DNA of 64,000 nt from Acidimicrobiales bacterium. Lineage in GTDB: Bacteria; Actinomycetota; Acidimicrobiia; Acidimicrobiales; RAAP-2. Location of the stretch: assembly GCA_050014755.1 (NCBI GenBank), contig JBEKCS010000008.1, forward strand, positions 11,820 through 75,819, written 5' to 3'. A program made the translations under genes and the position numbers. Positions within the stretch are counted from its first letter, which is position 1. Each line of letters opens with the position of its first letter. Below, piece after piece: positions 1-7,900 of the stretch. The notes beneath the pieces were generated by a model that worked only from the letters and a program-made list of their open reading frames with translations, did not search any database and was not told where the DNA came from.

Positions 1-58
1 CGCTTGCCCAGTGTGGTCCGGACCACGTCCACCACGACCGCATCGCGTACACCGTTGC

Positions 59-907
59 TCATGTCCTGCCCTCTTCCTCTGGTCCCCCTGATGATCCCGC
101 CGGACCGGCCCGCTCGGGCCACGAACCCGGCACGGGTGCCGGCCCGTCGTCGCCCGCCACCGCCTCGGCCCGCTCGCGGGCGACGAGGAGTCCTTCGACG
201 GCAGCCAAGGCCCCGGCCGACGGTCCACGGTAGGCCACCGAGCCGTGCTCGAGCACCACGGCGGTCTGGGCGATCTCGAGGACCCGGTCGACCTGTTGTT
301 CGACGATGAGGAGCGCCGTGCCCACCTGGTTGATCCGGCGGAGTCCGTCGTAGACGACATCGGTCATCAGGGGCGCCAGGCCGAGCGAGATCTCGTCGGC
401 CACCAGCACCCGGGGCGGCACGACCAGCACCTTGGCCAGGGAGAGGATCCGCTGCTCCCCGCCGGACAGCGTGCCACCGTGCTGGTTCCTCCTGCTGCCG
501 AGGAGGGGGAACACCTCGTAGGCCCGGGCCAGCGAGTCCGGGACGCCCTTTCGGCCACCACGCTGGCGGAAGGCCAGTTTCAGGTTCTCCTCCACCGTCA
601 GGCTGGCGAACACACCCCGCCCCTCGGGCACGTGGGCCATGCCCGCACGGGCCAGCTTGTAGGCCGGCCAGCCGGTCACGTCCCGGCCGTCGAGCAGCAG
701 GGTGCCCGACGACGAGGCCAGCAGCCCCGACACCACCCGGGAGACCGTGGACTTGCCCGCCCCGTTGGAGCCGATCAGCGCGGTGATCCCACCGGCGGGC
801 ACCTGGAAGCTGACGTCGAACAGTGCACGGTAGGGACCGTACGCGGCGCTGACCCCGACCACCTCGAGGGCGGGCCCGATCGTCGACCCGGCCACGGCGG
901 CGGTCAC
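59..907 (-). CDS. Branched-chain amino acid type ABC transporter ATP-binding protein (LivF-like)
   Basis: 282-aa ORF with Walker A GSNGAGKST, ABC signature LSGGEQ and Walker B VLVADEISLGL. The GTG start overlaps the stop of the upstream ATPase gene (GTGA at 904-907). A roughly 45-aa Pro/Gly/Glu-rich C-terminal tail extends beyond the ATPase fold. Confidence 0.9.
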   Translation of the reverse strand: MTAAVAGSTIGPALEVVGVSAAYGPYRALFDVSFQVPAGGITALIGSNGAGKSTVSRVVSGLLASSSGTLLLDGRDVTGWPAYKLARAGMAHVPEGRGVFASLTVEENLKLAFRQRGGRKGVPDSLARAYEVFPLLGSRRNQHGGTLSGGEQRILSLAKVLVVPPRVLVADEISLGLAPLMTDVVYDGLRRINQVGTALLIVEQQVDRVLEIAQTAVVLEHGSVAYRGPSAGALAAVEGLLVARERAEAVAGDDGPAPVPGSWPERAGPAGSSGGPEEEGRT

Positions 908-1683
908 CCGTTCAATCCCAGGTACGCCTGGCGCACGACGGGGTCGGCCATCACCGAGTGGAAGTCGCCCTCGGCGATGACCTCACCCAGGTTCATCACC
1001 ACCGTCCGGTCGACGACCTCGGCCACCATGGCCAGGTCGTGCTCCACCAGCACCATGGCCATCCCCTGGTCGCGCTGGACCTGACGGAGAACGACGCCCA
1101 GCTCGTGGGTCTCGCGGACGTCGAGACCCGACGAGGGCTCGTCGGCCATCAGCAGAACCGGGTCGGCGACGAGGGCCCGGGCCAACTCGACCAGGCGGCA
1201 CGAGCCGAGCCCGAGCGTCGATACCGGATGGTCGGCCCGGTCGCTCAGCCCGACCATCCCGAGCACGGCGTCGACCTTCGCCGACTCCTCCCTCGACGGC
1301 TTCGAGAGGTTGCACAGATCTCGCCACAGACGACCGCTCCGCCACCGGGCCCGTACGGCCACGACCAGGTGGTCCCTCACCGTCATGTCCGGGAAGACCT
1401 CGACCCGCTGGTAGGTGCGGCCGATCCCCAGCCGGGCCCGCTCGAACGTCGGCATCCCGACGAGGGGCCTCCCGTCCAGCTCGATGGTCCCGCGCTCGGG
1501 TCGCAGCTGGCCGCACACGCAGTTGAAGAGGGTCGTCTTGCCGGCGCCGTTGGGCCCGACCAGTCCGACGCTCTCGCCCCGGACGACCCGCATCGACACC
1601 CCGCCCACCGCGGCGATCCCGCCGAAGGTCTTGGAGACGTCGCGCAACTCCAGCAGGACGTTTCCGTCGGGCTCGTCGACCAC
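904..1683 (-). CDS. Branched-chain amino acid type ABC transporter ATP-binding protein (LivG-like)
   Basis: 259-aa ORF with Walker A GPNGAGKTT, Walker B LLMADEPSSGLD and a LivG-style signature region LGLGSCRLVELARAL. It directly follows the permease gene (stop at 1685, start at 1683). Confidence 0.9.
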   Translation of the reverse strand: MVDEPDGNVLLELRDVSKTFGGIAAVGGVSMRVVRGESVGLVGPNGAGKTTLFNCVCGQLRPERGTIELDGRPLVGMPTFERARLGIGRTYQRVEVFPDMTVRDHLVVAVRARWRSGRLWRDLCNLSKPSREESAKVDAVLGMVGLSDRADHPVSTLGLGSCRLVELARALVADPVLLMADEPSSGLDVRETHELGVVLRQVQRDQGMAMVLVEHDLAMVAEVVDRTVVMNLGEVIAEGDFHSVMADPVVRQAYLGLNG

Positions 1684-1684
1684 G

Positions 1685-3727
1685 TCAGCCGCCCACCGCC
1701 GGGTCGGGGTCGGCCGGCGCCCACGGACGTGGTCCGCCGCCGTCGCCGCGCCCTACCGGTCCACCGCTCGGGCCGGGCGGTGTGGCGGCCGCGGAGCCGC
1801 CGCGCAGCAACAGCCGCTCCATGCGCAGCGTCCAACGCCGCTTCTGGAACTCGAGGATCCCTTCGGGATGGGCCACGTAGGTCAGCGAACCGAACGCGAA
1901 GAAGATGATGAGCAGGCTGTTCCCCCCGATCCGCTCCGGCACGTAGGTCAAGAGCTGTTGGATCACCACGTAGCCGAAGCCCGCCTGGATGGCCCCCTCC
2001 GGAGTCTTCACACCGGTGGTCACGACCACCACCACGAAGACCAGGGAGAAGCTCCAGCTGAAGATCTGCGGATTCACGGACTGTTGGTTGATGGCCAACA
2101 AGGTCCCCCCGACCCCGGCCACGGCGCCGGACAGGCCGAACACCAGGACGTGCATCCACGTCAGGTTCACCCCGATGCCCGAAGCCGCCGTACTGCTCCC
2201 CTGCATGGCCTCGAGGAACCGGCCGACCGATCCCCTGCGGACCCGGAGGACCAGGACCACGCAGACGGCGAGGACGACCATGGCCAGCAGGAAGAACGCC
2301 CGACCGTCGGGATTGAGGAGGCCCAGGCCGACGATATGGGGAGTCACGTTGATCGTCTGGCCGTTGACCGTCGAGACCTCGGCGAAGACCACGTTGTCGA
2401 AGACGAGGGCGGCGGCGATGGTCATGAGGGCGAGCCCCAGACCACGGAGGCGCACCGAGGCGAACGCCAGGACCACGGCGACCGCGGCGGCGGCGACCGC
2501 GCCGACGAGCCCGCCGACCAGCAGGTTCATGCCGAGGCGGGTGGCCAGCTGCGCCGCGGTGAACGCCCCGACGCCGGCCAAGGTGGCCTGGCAGAGGGAG
2601 AGTTGGCCACCCATGCCGGTGATGAGGGTGATGGAGAGGAAGACCACCGAGAAGGCCAGGCCGGCGTTGAACACGTTCTCCCAGATCTTGGGCATCCACG
2701 TGAGCATGGACACCGCGAACCCGACCAGCAGCACGTACCAGAGGATCCTGATGACCCGGTCCATCTGGGGGGCGCGCAACGTGGCCGTGGTCGGCGGGAC
2801 CGGCGGGTCCACCGAGGCCAGCGGGTCGGTGGCCCGGCCGAGCGACCGCAACCCCGGCAGCAGGACCAGGGCACCCACCAGGACGACGAACGGGAGCGAC
2901 GTCAGCGCGGCCGACGACCAGATGCTGCCCTCGGGGAGGTAGCCCTGGAGCACGGTGACCGTCATCCCCATCAGGACTCCGACCAGCACGGCCACCGGGA
3001 GCGAGCGCAGGACGGCCCAGGCGGCGGCGGCGAAGGCGGCGACCATCAGATCGGCGTAGTCGCTGAACTGCAGCTGCCCGTAGATGGGGGCGAGCAGCAC
3101 GCCGGCCAACCCGGCGATCAGCCCCGAGACGGCCCACGCCGACGCCACCACCCGTCCACCGTTGACCCCGTCCAGTTCGATCAGTCGTCGGCTTTCGACG
3201 GCGCCGCGCATCTGCAGGCCCAGGCTGGTCCAGCGGATGAGGACGACCAGCGCTGCCAGGATCACCACCGTGGCCACCACGCAGGTGAGGGAGATCCCGT
3301 TGATGGGCGTGCCGGCGATCCGGAAGTAGACGACGTCCGGATTGAACAGGATGCTCGGCGTGTTGTACTGGTTGTTGTTGGTGAAGATGATCGCGAGGAT
3401 GGCCGGGATGCCCACCAGCATGCTGATCCCGGTGACCAGTTTGGCGATCACGTTGGCCGGTGCGATCTTGCGGAACAGCAGGCGGTCGAAGATCAGGCCG
3501 ACCAATGGGGCGAGGACGACCACCGACAGCACGAAGCTCAGCCAGATCGGCAGGTGCTCGTTCTGGACCAGGTAGGTGAAGACGAACGCCGACAGGTAGG
3601 CCTGGGCGCCGTACGCGAAGTTAAGGACCCCGGTCGCCTGGTAGGTGAGGACGAGCCCGACGGCGACCAGCGCGTAGGTGCATCCATAGGGGATGCCGGG
3701 GATGGCGAATCCGAGGAAGTGCTCCAC
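1685..3727 (-). CDS. Fused branched-chain amino acid ABC permease (LivH-like N half + LivM-like C half)
   Basis: One uninterrupted 680-aa, highly hydrophobic ORF. The N-terminus MEHFLGFAIPGIPYGCTYALVAVGLVLTY is typical of LivH. The second half has LivM-like helices (GQLSLCQATLAGVGAF). It sits between the binding-protein and ATPase genes. Confidence 0.85.
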   Translation of the reverse strand: MEHFLGFAIPGIPYGCTYALVAVGLVLTYQATGVLNFAYGAQAYLSAFVFTYLVQNEHLPIWLSFVLSVVVLAPLVGLIFDRLLFRKIAPANVIAKLVTGISMLVGIPAILAIIFTNNNQYNTPSILFNPDVVYFRIAGTPINGISLTCVVATVVILAALVVLIRWTSLGLQMRGAVESRRLIELDGVNGGRVVASAWAVSGLIAGLAGVLLAPIYGQLQFSDYADLMVAAFAAAAWAVLRSLPVAVLVGVLMGMTVTVLQGYLPEGSIWSSAALTSLPFVVLVGALVLLPGLRSLGRATDPLASVDPPVPPTTATLRAPQMDRVIRILWYVLLVGFAVSMLTWMPKIWENVFNAGLAFSVVFLSITLITGMGGQLSLCQATLAGVGAFTAAQLATRLGMNLLVGGLVGAVAAAAVAVVLAFASVRLRGLGLALMTIAAALVFDNVVFAEVSTVNGQTINVTPHIVGLGLLNPDGRAFFLLAMVVLAVCVVLVLRVRRGSVGRFLEAMQGSSTAASGIGVNLTWMHVLVFGLSGAVAGVGGTLLAINQQSVNPQIFSWSFSLVFVVVVVTTGVKTPEGAIQAGFGYVVIQQLLTYVPERIGGNSLLIIFFAFGSLTYVAHPEGILEFQKRRWTLRMERLLLRGGSAAATPPGPSGGPVGRGDGGGPRPWAPADPDPAVGG

Positions 3728-3767
3728 CCTCCGGTCGACTCCTACTCCTGCCCGACTTCGGCCCGGC

Positions 3768-5111
3768 TCATGCCCCCGGGGTTCCGGCAGGAGCGGTCAC
3801 GGGCACCGGGTCCTTGGCATTGGGCCCGATGCAGATGAAGACCTGCTTGCCGGGGGCGAAGACGGAGACGAACGACGTGCCCTTCACCTGGACCCAGGCC
3901 GTGCAGGCCGGCTCCGTCACCGAGGTGTGGCCGACGACCCAGTTGGTCGGCGCCTGGGTCCCCGCCGCGGTGAAGTTGCTGATCTGGTTGGTCGCCTTGA
4001 CCACGGCAGCCTGGGTGAGGTCCTTTCCGGCCGCCTTGATCCCGGCCACGATCAGCGCGGCCGACTGCCAGCCCGACAGGGCCGTATTGCTCGTGGTGTA
4101 GGCCGGCTCGTACTTGTTCATGGCATCGACGTAGTCCTTCATGCCCGGGTAGACGGAAGGGTCGTCGGCCGCGGCGAACGGCACGTTGCCGGCGTTGGAC
4201 AGGTACACCCCCTGCATGACGCTGGAGTACTGGTCGAGCAGGGTCTGGTCGTAGCCGTTGAGCCAGAGCTGCTTGATGCTGAGCCCGTACTGCTGGATGT
4301 CCCGCGACAAGGTGATGTTGTCGGAGGCCTGCATGCAGCTGATGATGGCGTCCGAGCCCGACTTCTGGAGCCGCTGAACATCCGAGCTGAAGCTCCCCCC
4401 GAGCTGGGCCCCCACGTCGACGAAGCTCACGTCGTAGCCGGCGGCCTTGAGGTCGTTGGCCCCCGTGTTGCAGGCACCGTAGGAGGATGCGATGGCCGGT
4501 CCATAGCTGATGAAGGCCAGCGACTTGGAGTGGGTGGCCTTGGCGAAGTAGGCCAGCGTGGGTGTGTTGGAGTTGTAGTCCTGCACCGAACCGCCCGCTG
4601 CGAACAGGGTCGGGTACGGCGACCAGTTGCCCGACACGTTGTACCCGTAGGTGGGGGTGTCGGTCTCCGCGAAGTAGTTCGGGGTGAACCACGCTGACGC
4701 CGCCCCGATGGCGAAGACGTGGTCCTGGTCGACGAGGGTGTGGGACAGCTGGGTGAACTGGCTGGGCGACCCGCCGTCGTCGAGGTTGTAGGTCAGGTTG
4801 ATCGTCCGGCCGTTGACGCCGCCTTGGGCGTTGACCATGTCGAAGTAGGCGATCATCCCCGGGGCGAACTGTCCGAAGTAGCCGGCCAGCAAGCCCGTCC
4901 GGGAGGAGATGGCCCCGATGGTGACCGAGGTGGCGGTGACCCCCGGAGCAGCCGATCCCCCTGTCGATCCCGCCGTGGTCGCCGTGGTCGCCGTGGAGCC
5001 CGTTGTCGTGGTCGTCGAGGCGCTCGTCCCCGACGAGCACCCGGCAGCTAGTAGCCCCACCCCCATCGCCAAGGCGATCGGTGCCAACCAATTCCCCCGA
5101 TGTATCCCCAT
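3768..5111 (-). CDS. ABC transporter substrate-binding lipoprotein (Leu/Ile/Val-binding protein family)
   Basis: Signal peptide plus lipobox (GLLAAGCSS) followed by a Thr/Ser-rich linker and a type I periplasmic binding fold. ATG 5111 is preceded by AAGGAAG 7 nt upstream. The ORF track extends to GTG 5117. First gene of the Liv-type operon. Confidence 0.85.
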   Translation of the reverse strand: MGIHRGNWLAPIALAMGVGLLAAGCSSGTSASTTTTTGSTATTATTAGSTGGSAAPGVTATSVTIGAISSRTGLLAGYFGQFAPGMIAYFDMVNAQGGVNGRTINLTYNLDDGGSPSQFTQLSHTLVDQDHVFAIGAASAWFTPNYFAETDTPTYGYNVSGNWSPYPTLFAAGGSVQDYNSNTPTLAYFAKATHSKSLAFISYGPAIASSYGACNTGANDLKAAGYDVSFVDVGAQLGGSFSSDVQRLQKSGSDAIISCMQASDNITLSRDIQQYGLSIKQLWLNGYDQTLLDQYSSVMQGVYLSNAGNVPFAAADDPSVYPGMKDYVDAMNKYEPAYTTSNTALSGWQSAALIVAGIKAAGKDLTQAAVVKATNQISNFTAAGTQAPTNWVVGHTSVTEPACTAWVQVKGTSFVSVFAPGKQVFICIGPNAKDPVPVTAPAGTPGA

Positions 5112-5277
5112 CAACACACTTCCTTGTGTCTGACCGACCGCACCGGGTCTTGCGACCCGGCTCCCCTGCTTGCGACCGATCGATGGAAACTACTGACGAC
5201 GGGGACTCTAGCGACAACCGCGGGTGCTCCGCGGGACATGTTTCCCGCAGGCCGGTCGAACGGCCCTCCGGCGGTCG

Positions 5278-5781
5278 TCAACCGAGCAGGACGTCGACCG
5301 CGGTCCCGAGGGCCGACAGGTCCGCGCACTCGTTGTCCTCCCGGTACCGGAGACCCTGGACGTTGAACAGCTCGACCAGGTCCGCGGCGATGGGGAACGG
5401 TCCCCAGTGCCAGGTCCCCCGGTGGAGCACCACGGATTGCAACGGCTCCAGAACGAACGCCTCCACCCGATCGGCGTCGGCCGCCCGGTCCATCGCCACC
5501 TCGGGCGGAGCCACCCCGATGACGGCCGCGGTATTCAGCGGCATCAGAACCTGGGTATGGGAGATGTGGCGGAACAGCATCTGACAGCGGAGCCCGCCGG
5601 CCGTCTCGGGCACCTCGTCACGTCGGTGGCCGATCCGGTTGACGTGGACGTCGCCCCAGGCGAACTCCAGCCGGTGGTCCCCGTCGCCAGGATCGGTGTC
5701 GGCCACCGGGAGCCAACCGAAGGGCGCCCAGGAGCCGGCGTCGAGCGGTGACGGCCTGATCTGGCGGACGGCAGTACCCAT
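5278..5781 (-). CDS. Ureidoglycolate lyase (AllA/PF04115-like) family protein
   Basis: The region from MGTAVRQIRPSPLDAGSWAPFGW to the end matches the AllA-like pattern (FRHISHTQVLMPL, HRGTWHWGPF). I chose ATG 5781. The track ORF runs on to 6069 only because the 15-bp tandem repeat has no stops. Confidence 0.7.
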   Translation of the reverse strand: MGTAVRQIRPSPLDAGSWAPFGWLPVADTDPGDGDHRLEFAWGDVHVNRIGHRRDEVPETAGGLRCQMLFRHISHTQVLMPLNTAAVIGVAPPEVAMDRAADADRVEAFVLEPLQSVVLHRGTWHWGPFPIAADLVELFNVQGLRYREDNECADLSALGTAVDVLLG

Positions 5782-5890
5782 ACCCGCGCACCTCCGAGGT
5801 TCGAGCCCCGGGGCGAAGCTACCATCGACCCGACAGCGGCTGGGCGGTGCCGGCACCGGATCGATGCCGGTCGGCCACAGGACAGCCACA

Positions 5891-5970
5891 GGACAAGTCA
5901 CCAACGGACAAGTCACCAACGGACAAGTCACCAACGGACAAGTCACCAACGGACAAGTCACCAACGGACA
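5891..5970. repeat. Perfect 15-bp tandem repeat GGACAAGTCACCAAC x5 plus a partial sixth copy
   Basis: Read directly: units at 5891, 5906, 5921, 5936 and 5951, then GGACA at 5966-5970. It lies in the divergent intergenic region between 5781 (-) and 5988 (+). Confidence 0.97.
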
Positions 5971-5987
5971 GAGGAGAGCACACGGAG

Positions 5988-6371
5988 ATGGACGTTCGGA
6001 ACATCGAAGACGTCGCACCCATCGTCGAGCACGCCGGCACCGTCCCGGTGTGGTGGATGGTGGAGTCACAGGAGATGCGGGAGATCACCGACGGAGGCTT
6101 CCTCGAGCTGGTGAACGAGTTCGAGGTGGCCGGCGGCGGGTACGTCAACCCCCACTCCCACCCGACCCACGAGTTCTACTACGTGCTCCGCGGCCGGGGC
6201 ATCATGACCATCGGTGACGAGGAGCGGACCATCGCCCAGGGCGATCTGGTCTACATCCCGCCGGATGTCGTGCACAGCCTGCGCCCGGTGACCGACCACG
6301 CACCGATCCACTGCTTCTGCTTCGCCATCGGTGTCAAGGGCGCCGGAACGATCGACTACACCAACAACTGA
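5988..6371 (+). CDS. Cupin domain protein
   Basis: MDVRNIEDV... with the cupin motifs GGYVNPHSHPTHEFYYVLRG and GDLVYIPPDVVHSL. GGAG lies just upstream of ATG 5988. An in-frame GTG at 5847 would add a TDKSP x5 extension. Confidence 0.8.
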   Translation: MDVRNIEDVAPIVEHAGTVPVWWMVESQEMREITDGGFLELVNEFEVAGGGYVNPHSHPTHEFYYVLRGRGIMTIGDEERTIAQGDLVYIPPDVVHSLRPVTDHAPIHCFCFAIGVKGAGTIDYTNN

Positions 6372-6393
6372 CCCGGGCCGGCCGGCCGTCGGG

Positions 6394-7032
6394 TCAGGCC
6401 GGTGCACCGCCGCCGTCGATGAGCGAGGCGTCCAGCCCGAGGAGCTCGACGGTCGTCGCCCCGCCGCGGAGCGCCGCGAAGTACCCGTCCTCGGCCGCGG
6501 CGCGTGACCGACCGGCGGCGACCACGTCGTCGATCCGGTCACCGGGCACCACCACCACGCCGTCGACGTCGCCCACCACCCAGTCGCCCGGGCCCACCGG
6601 CACGCCGGCCACCACGGTGACCGAGCCGATCGACCCACGGGCAGCCTTGGTCGCCCCGCGCAGGGCCACCGTCCGCGAGAACACGGGAAAACCCAGTCGC
6701 TCGAGCGCGGCCACGTCGCGCACACCGCCGTCGATCACCAGACCGCCCAGGCCCCGTGACTGCGCCCCGGTGGTGAGCACCTCGCCCCAGTACCCCCGGT
6801 CGGAGACGTCGCCGACATCGACCACCAGGACCGAGCCGGCCGGGGCCCTCGACACGGCGACGTGGATGGCCAGGTTGTCGCCGGGCGTGCAGCGGACGGG
6901 GAAGGCAGGGGCGGCCACGGTCGCCCCCGGCCACACCGGACGCATCCTCGGAGGCATGGCCAGCGCGCCCGACTCGCCCAGGGTGGCCGCTCCCAGCCCG
7001 GCCAGCACGGCCGCCGTGTCCACACCGCTCAC
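6394..7032 (-). CDS. RraA family protein / 4-hydroxy-4-methyl-2-oxoglutarate aldolase-like
   Basis: 212 aa with RraA-like motifs: GDNLAIHVAV, VLVVDVGD...YWGEVLT and GLVIDGGVRD. Confidence 0.8.
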   Translation of the reverse strand: MSGVDTAAVLAGLGAATLGESGALAMPPRMRPVWPGATVAAPAFPVRCTPGDNLAIHVAVSRAPAGSVLVVDVGDVSDRGYWGEVLTTGAQSRGLGGLVIDGGVRDVAALERLGFPVFSRTVALRGATKAARGSIGSVTVVAGVPVGPGDWVVGDVDGVVVVPGDRIDDVVAAGRSRAAAEDGYFAALRGGATTVELLGLDASLIDGGGAPA

Positions 7033-7075
7033 CCGTTCACTCCTCCGCTCGTCCCGATGGGAGACGGTAGGTGAC

Positions 7076-7582
7076 TCACCGGCGGACTGCCACCGTCAGC
7101 TCGATCTCGACGGCGCCGCCCCTCGGCAGCGACGCCACCCCGACGGCCGAGCGGGTATGGCGCCCCGCCTCGCCGAAGACCTGGTGCAGTACGGCGCTGG
7201 CCCCGTCGATCACGTCGGGCTGGCGATGGAAGTCGGGGGTGGAGGCGACATAGCCGGTCACGGTCAGGACCCGCTCGATCCGGTCGAGCGAGCCGAGGGC
7301 CACCTCGAGGACCGAGAGGGCGTTGAGGGCGCAGACCGCGGCGGCCGTGGCGGCCTCCTCGACGCCGACGTTGTCACCCAGCGTCCCGCAGCAGGTCAAT
7401 TCGCCGTCGATCCGGGGCAGTTGGCCCGACGTCCGGGCGACGCCGTCGTGGACGACGACCGCGTCGAGCGGGTCGTGCGGTGGATGGGGTCCGTGCAACT
7501 GGAGACCGAGTGCGTCCAGGCGGGCCCGCACCCGACCCTCGTGGCCCGGCGTGCCCCCAAGTTCGGGTGCGGAGGGGGTCAC
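7076..7582 (-). CDS. RidA/YjgF family protein
   Basis: The C-terminal 130 aa are typical of YjgF/RidA (SGQLP, VTGYV, RSAVGVASLPRGGAVEIE). GTG 7582 was chosen as start and the start is uncertain. The track ORF extending to 7753 is unlikely to be real upstream of this point. Confidence 0.75.
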   Translation of the reverse strand: MTPSAPELGGTPGHEGRVRARLDALGLQLHGPHPPHDPLDAVVVHDGVARTSGQLPRIDGELTCCGTLGDNVGVEEAATAAAVCALNALSVLEVALGSLDRIERVLTVTGYVASTPDFHRQPDVIDGASAVLHQVFGEAGRHTRSAVGVASLPRGGAVEIELTVAVRR

Positions 7583-7677
7583 GCGTTCTCGCGCATGTAC
7601 TCGTAGACCCCGGCGAACTTCCGGTCGACCCCCGCGGCCAGGACCGCGATCGGGGCGTTCTCTACCGAACGGGTCAT
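7579..7677 (-). CDS. Possible 32-codon small ORF (MTRSVENAPIAVLAAGVDRKFAGVYEYMRENA) coupled to the RidA gene
   Basis: It is below the 60-aa track cutoff. GGAGG lies 8 nt upstream of the ATG. About 30 of 32 codons end in G/C, matching the real genes here. Its TGA overlaps the RidA GTG (GTGA). Confidence 0.35.
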   Translation of the reverse strand: MTRSVENAPIAVLAAGVDRKFAGVYEYMRENA

Positions 7678-7692
7678 CGGTGGGACCTCCTG

Positions 7693-7729
7693 TGGTGGCG
7701 GCACAAGCCTGTTGGTGGCGGCACAAGCC
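7693..7729. repeat. Direct repeat TGGTGGCGGCACAAGCC x2 (20-bp period) upstream of the small ORF/RidA unit
   Basis: Identical 17-mers at 7693-7709 and 7713-7729, immediately upstream (minus-strand sense) of the GGAGG at 7686-7690. Candidate operator or promoter element. Confidence 0.3.
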
Positions 7730-7900
7730 GTCGGCGGCCGCACGGCCGACCATCGGGTCCGGTCATGCTACCGCCGCGCGCCGTCGACAGCCCGGGCCGC
7801 TCCGCCGGTCCAGAACGCGGGGTCGACTCTGACCTAGATTGCTGAGCCATGACCGGTCGCCTCCCATCCGCACCTCCCGGCACACCACTCCGGTAGGGCC

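Noticed and set aside
1415-3838. 807-aa plus-strand ORF opposite the Liv permease gene. Similar very long ORFs occur at 7763-10435 (-), 10932-12776 (-), 13904-16390 (+), 16604-17812 (-), 29650-31431 (-), 55289-57253 (-) and 61997-63787 (-).
   Set aside because: These are typical shadow ORFs of high-GC DNA. Their translations are Arg/Pro/Gly/His-rich with no recognisable motifs. Each lies antisense or out of frame to a gene with clear family signatures.
5891-5970. CRISPR array, considered also for the 63-bp repeats at 50080-50331.
   Set aside because: The repeats are head-to-tail with no spacers. The second set lies inside a coding region. No cas genes are present.
5782-6069. Extension of the AllA-like ORF through CPLVT x5, and extension of the cupin ORF from 5847 through TDKSP x5.
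   Set aside because: These were not adopted as the primary gene models, because the extensions exist only where the 15-bp repeat lacks stops and family homology starts downstream. They are kept as an open possibility in the tandem-repeat finding.
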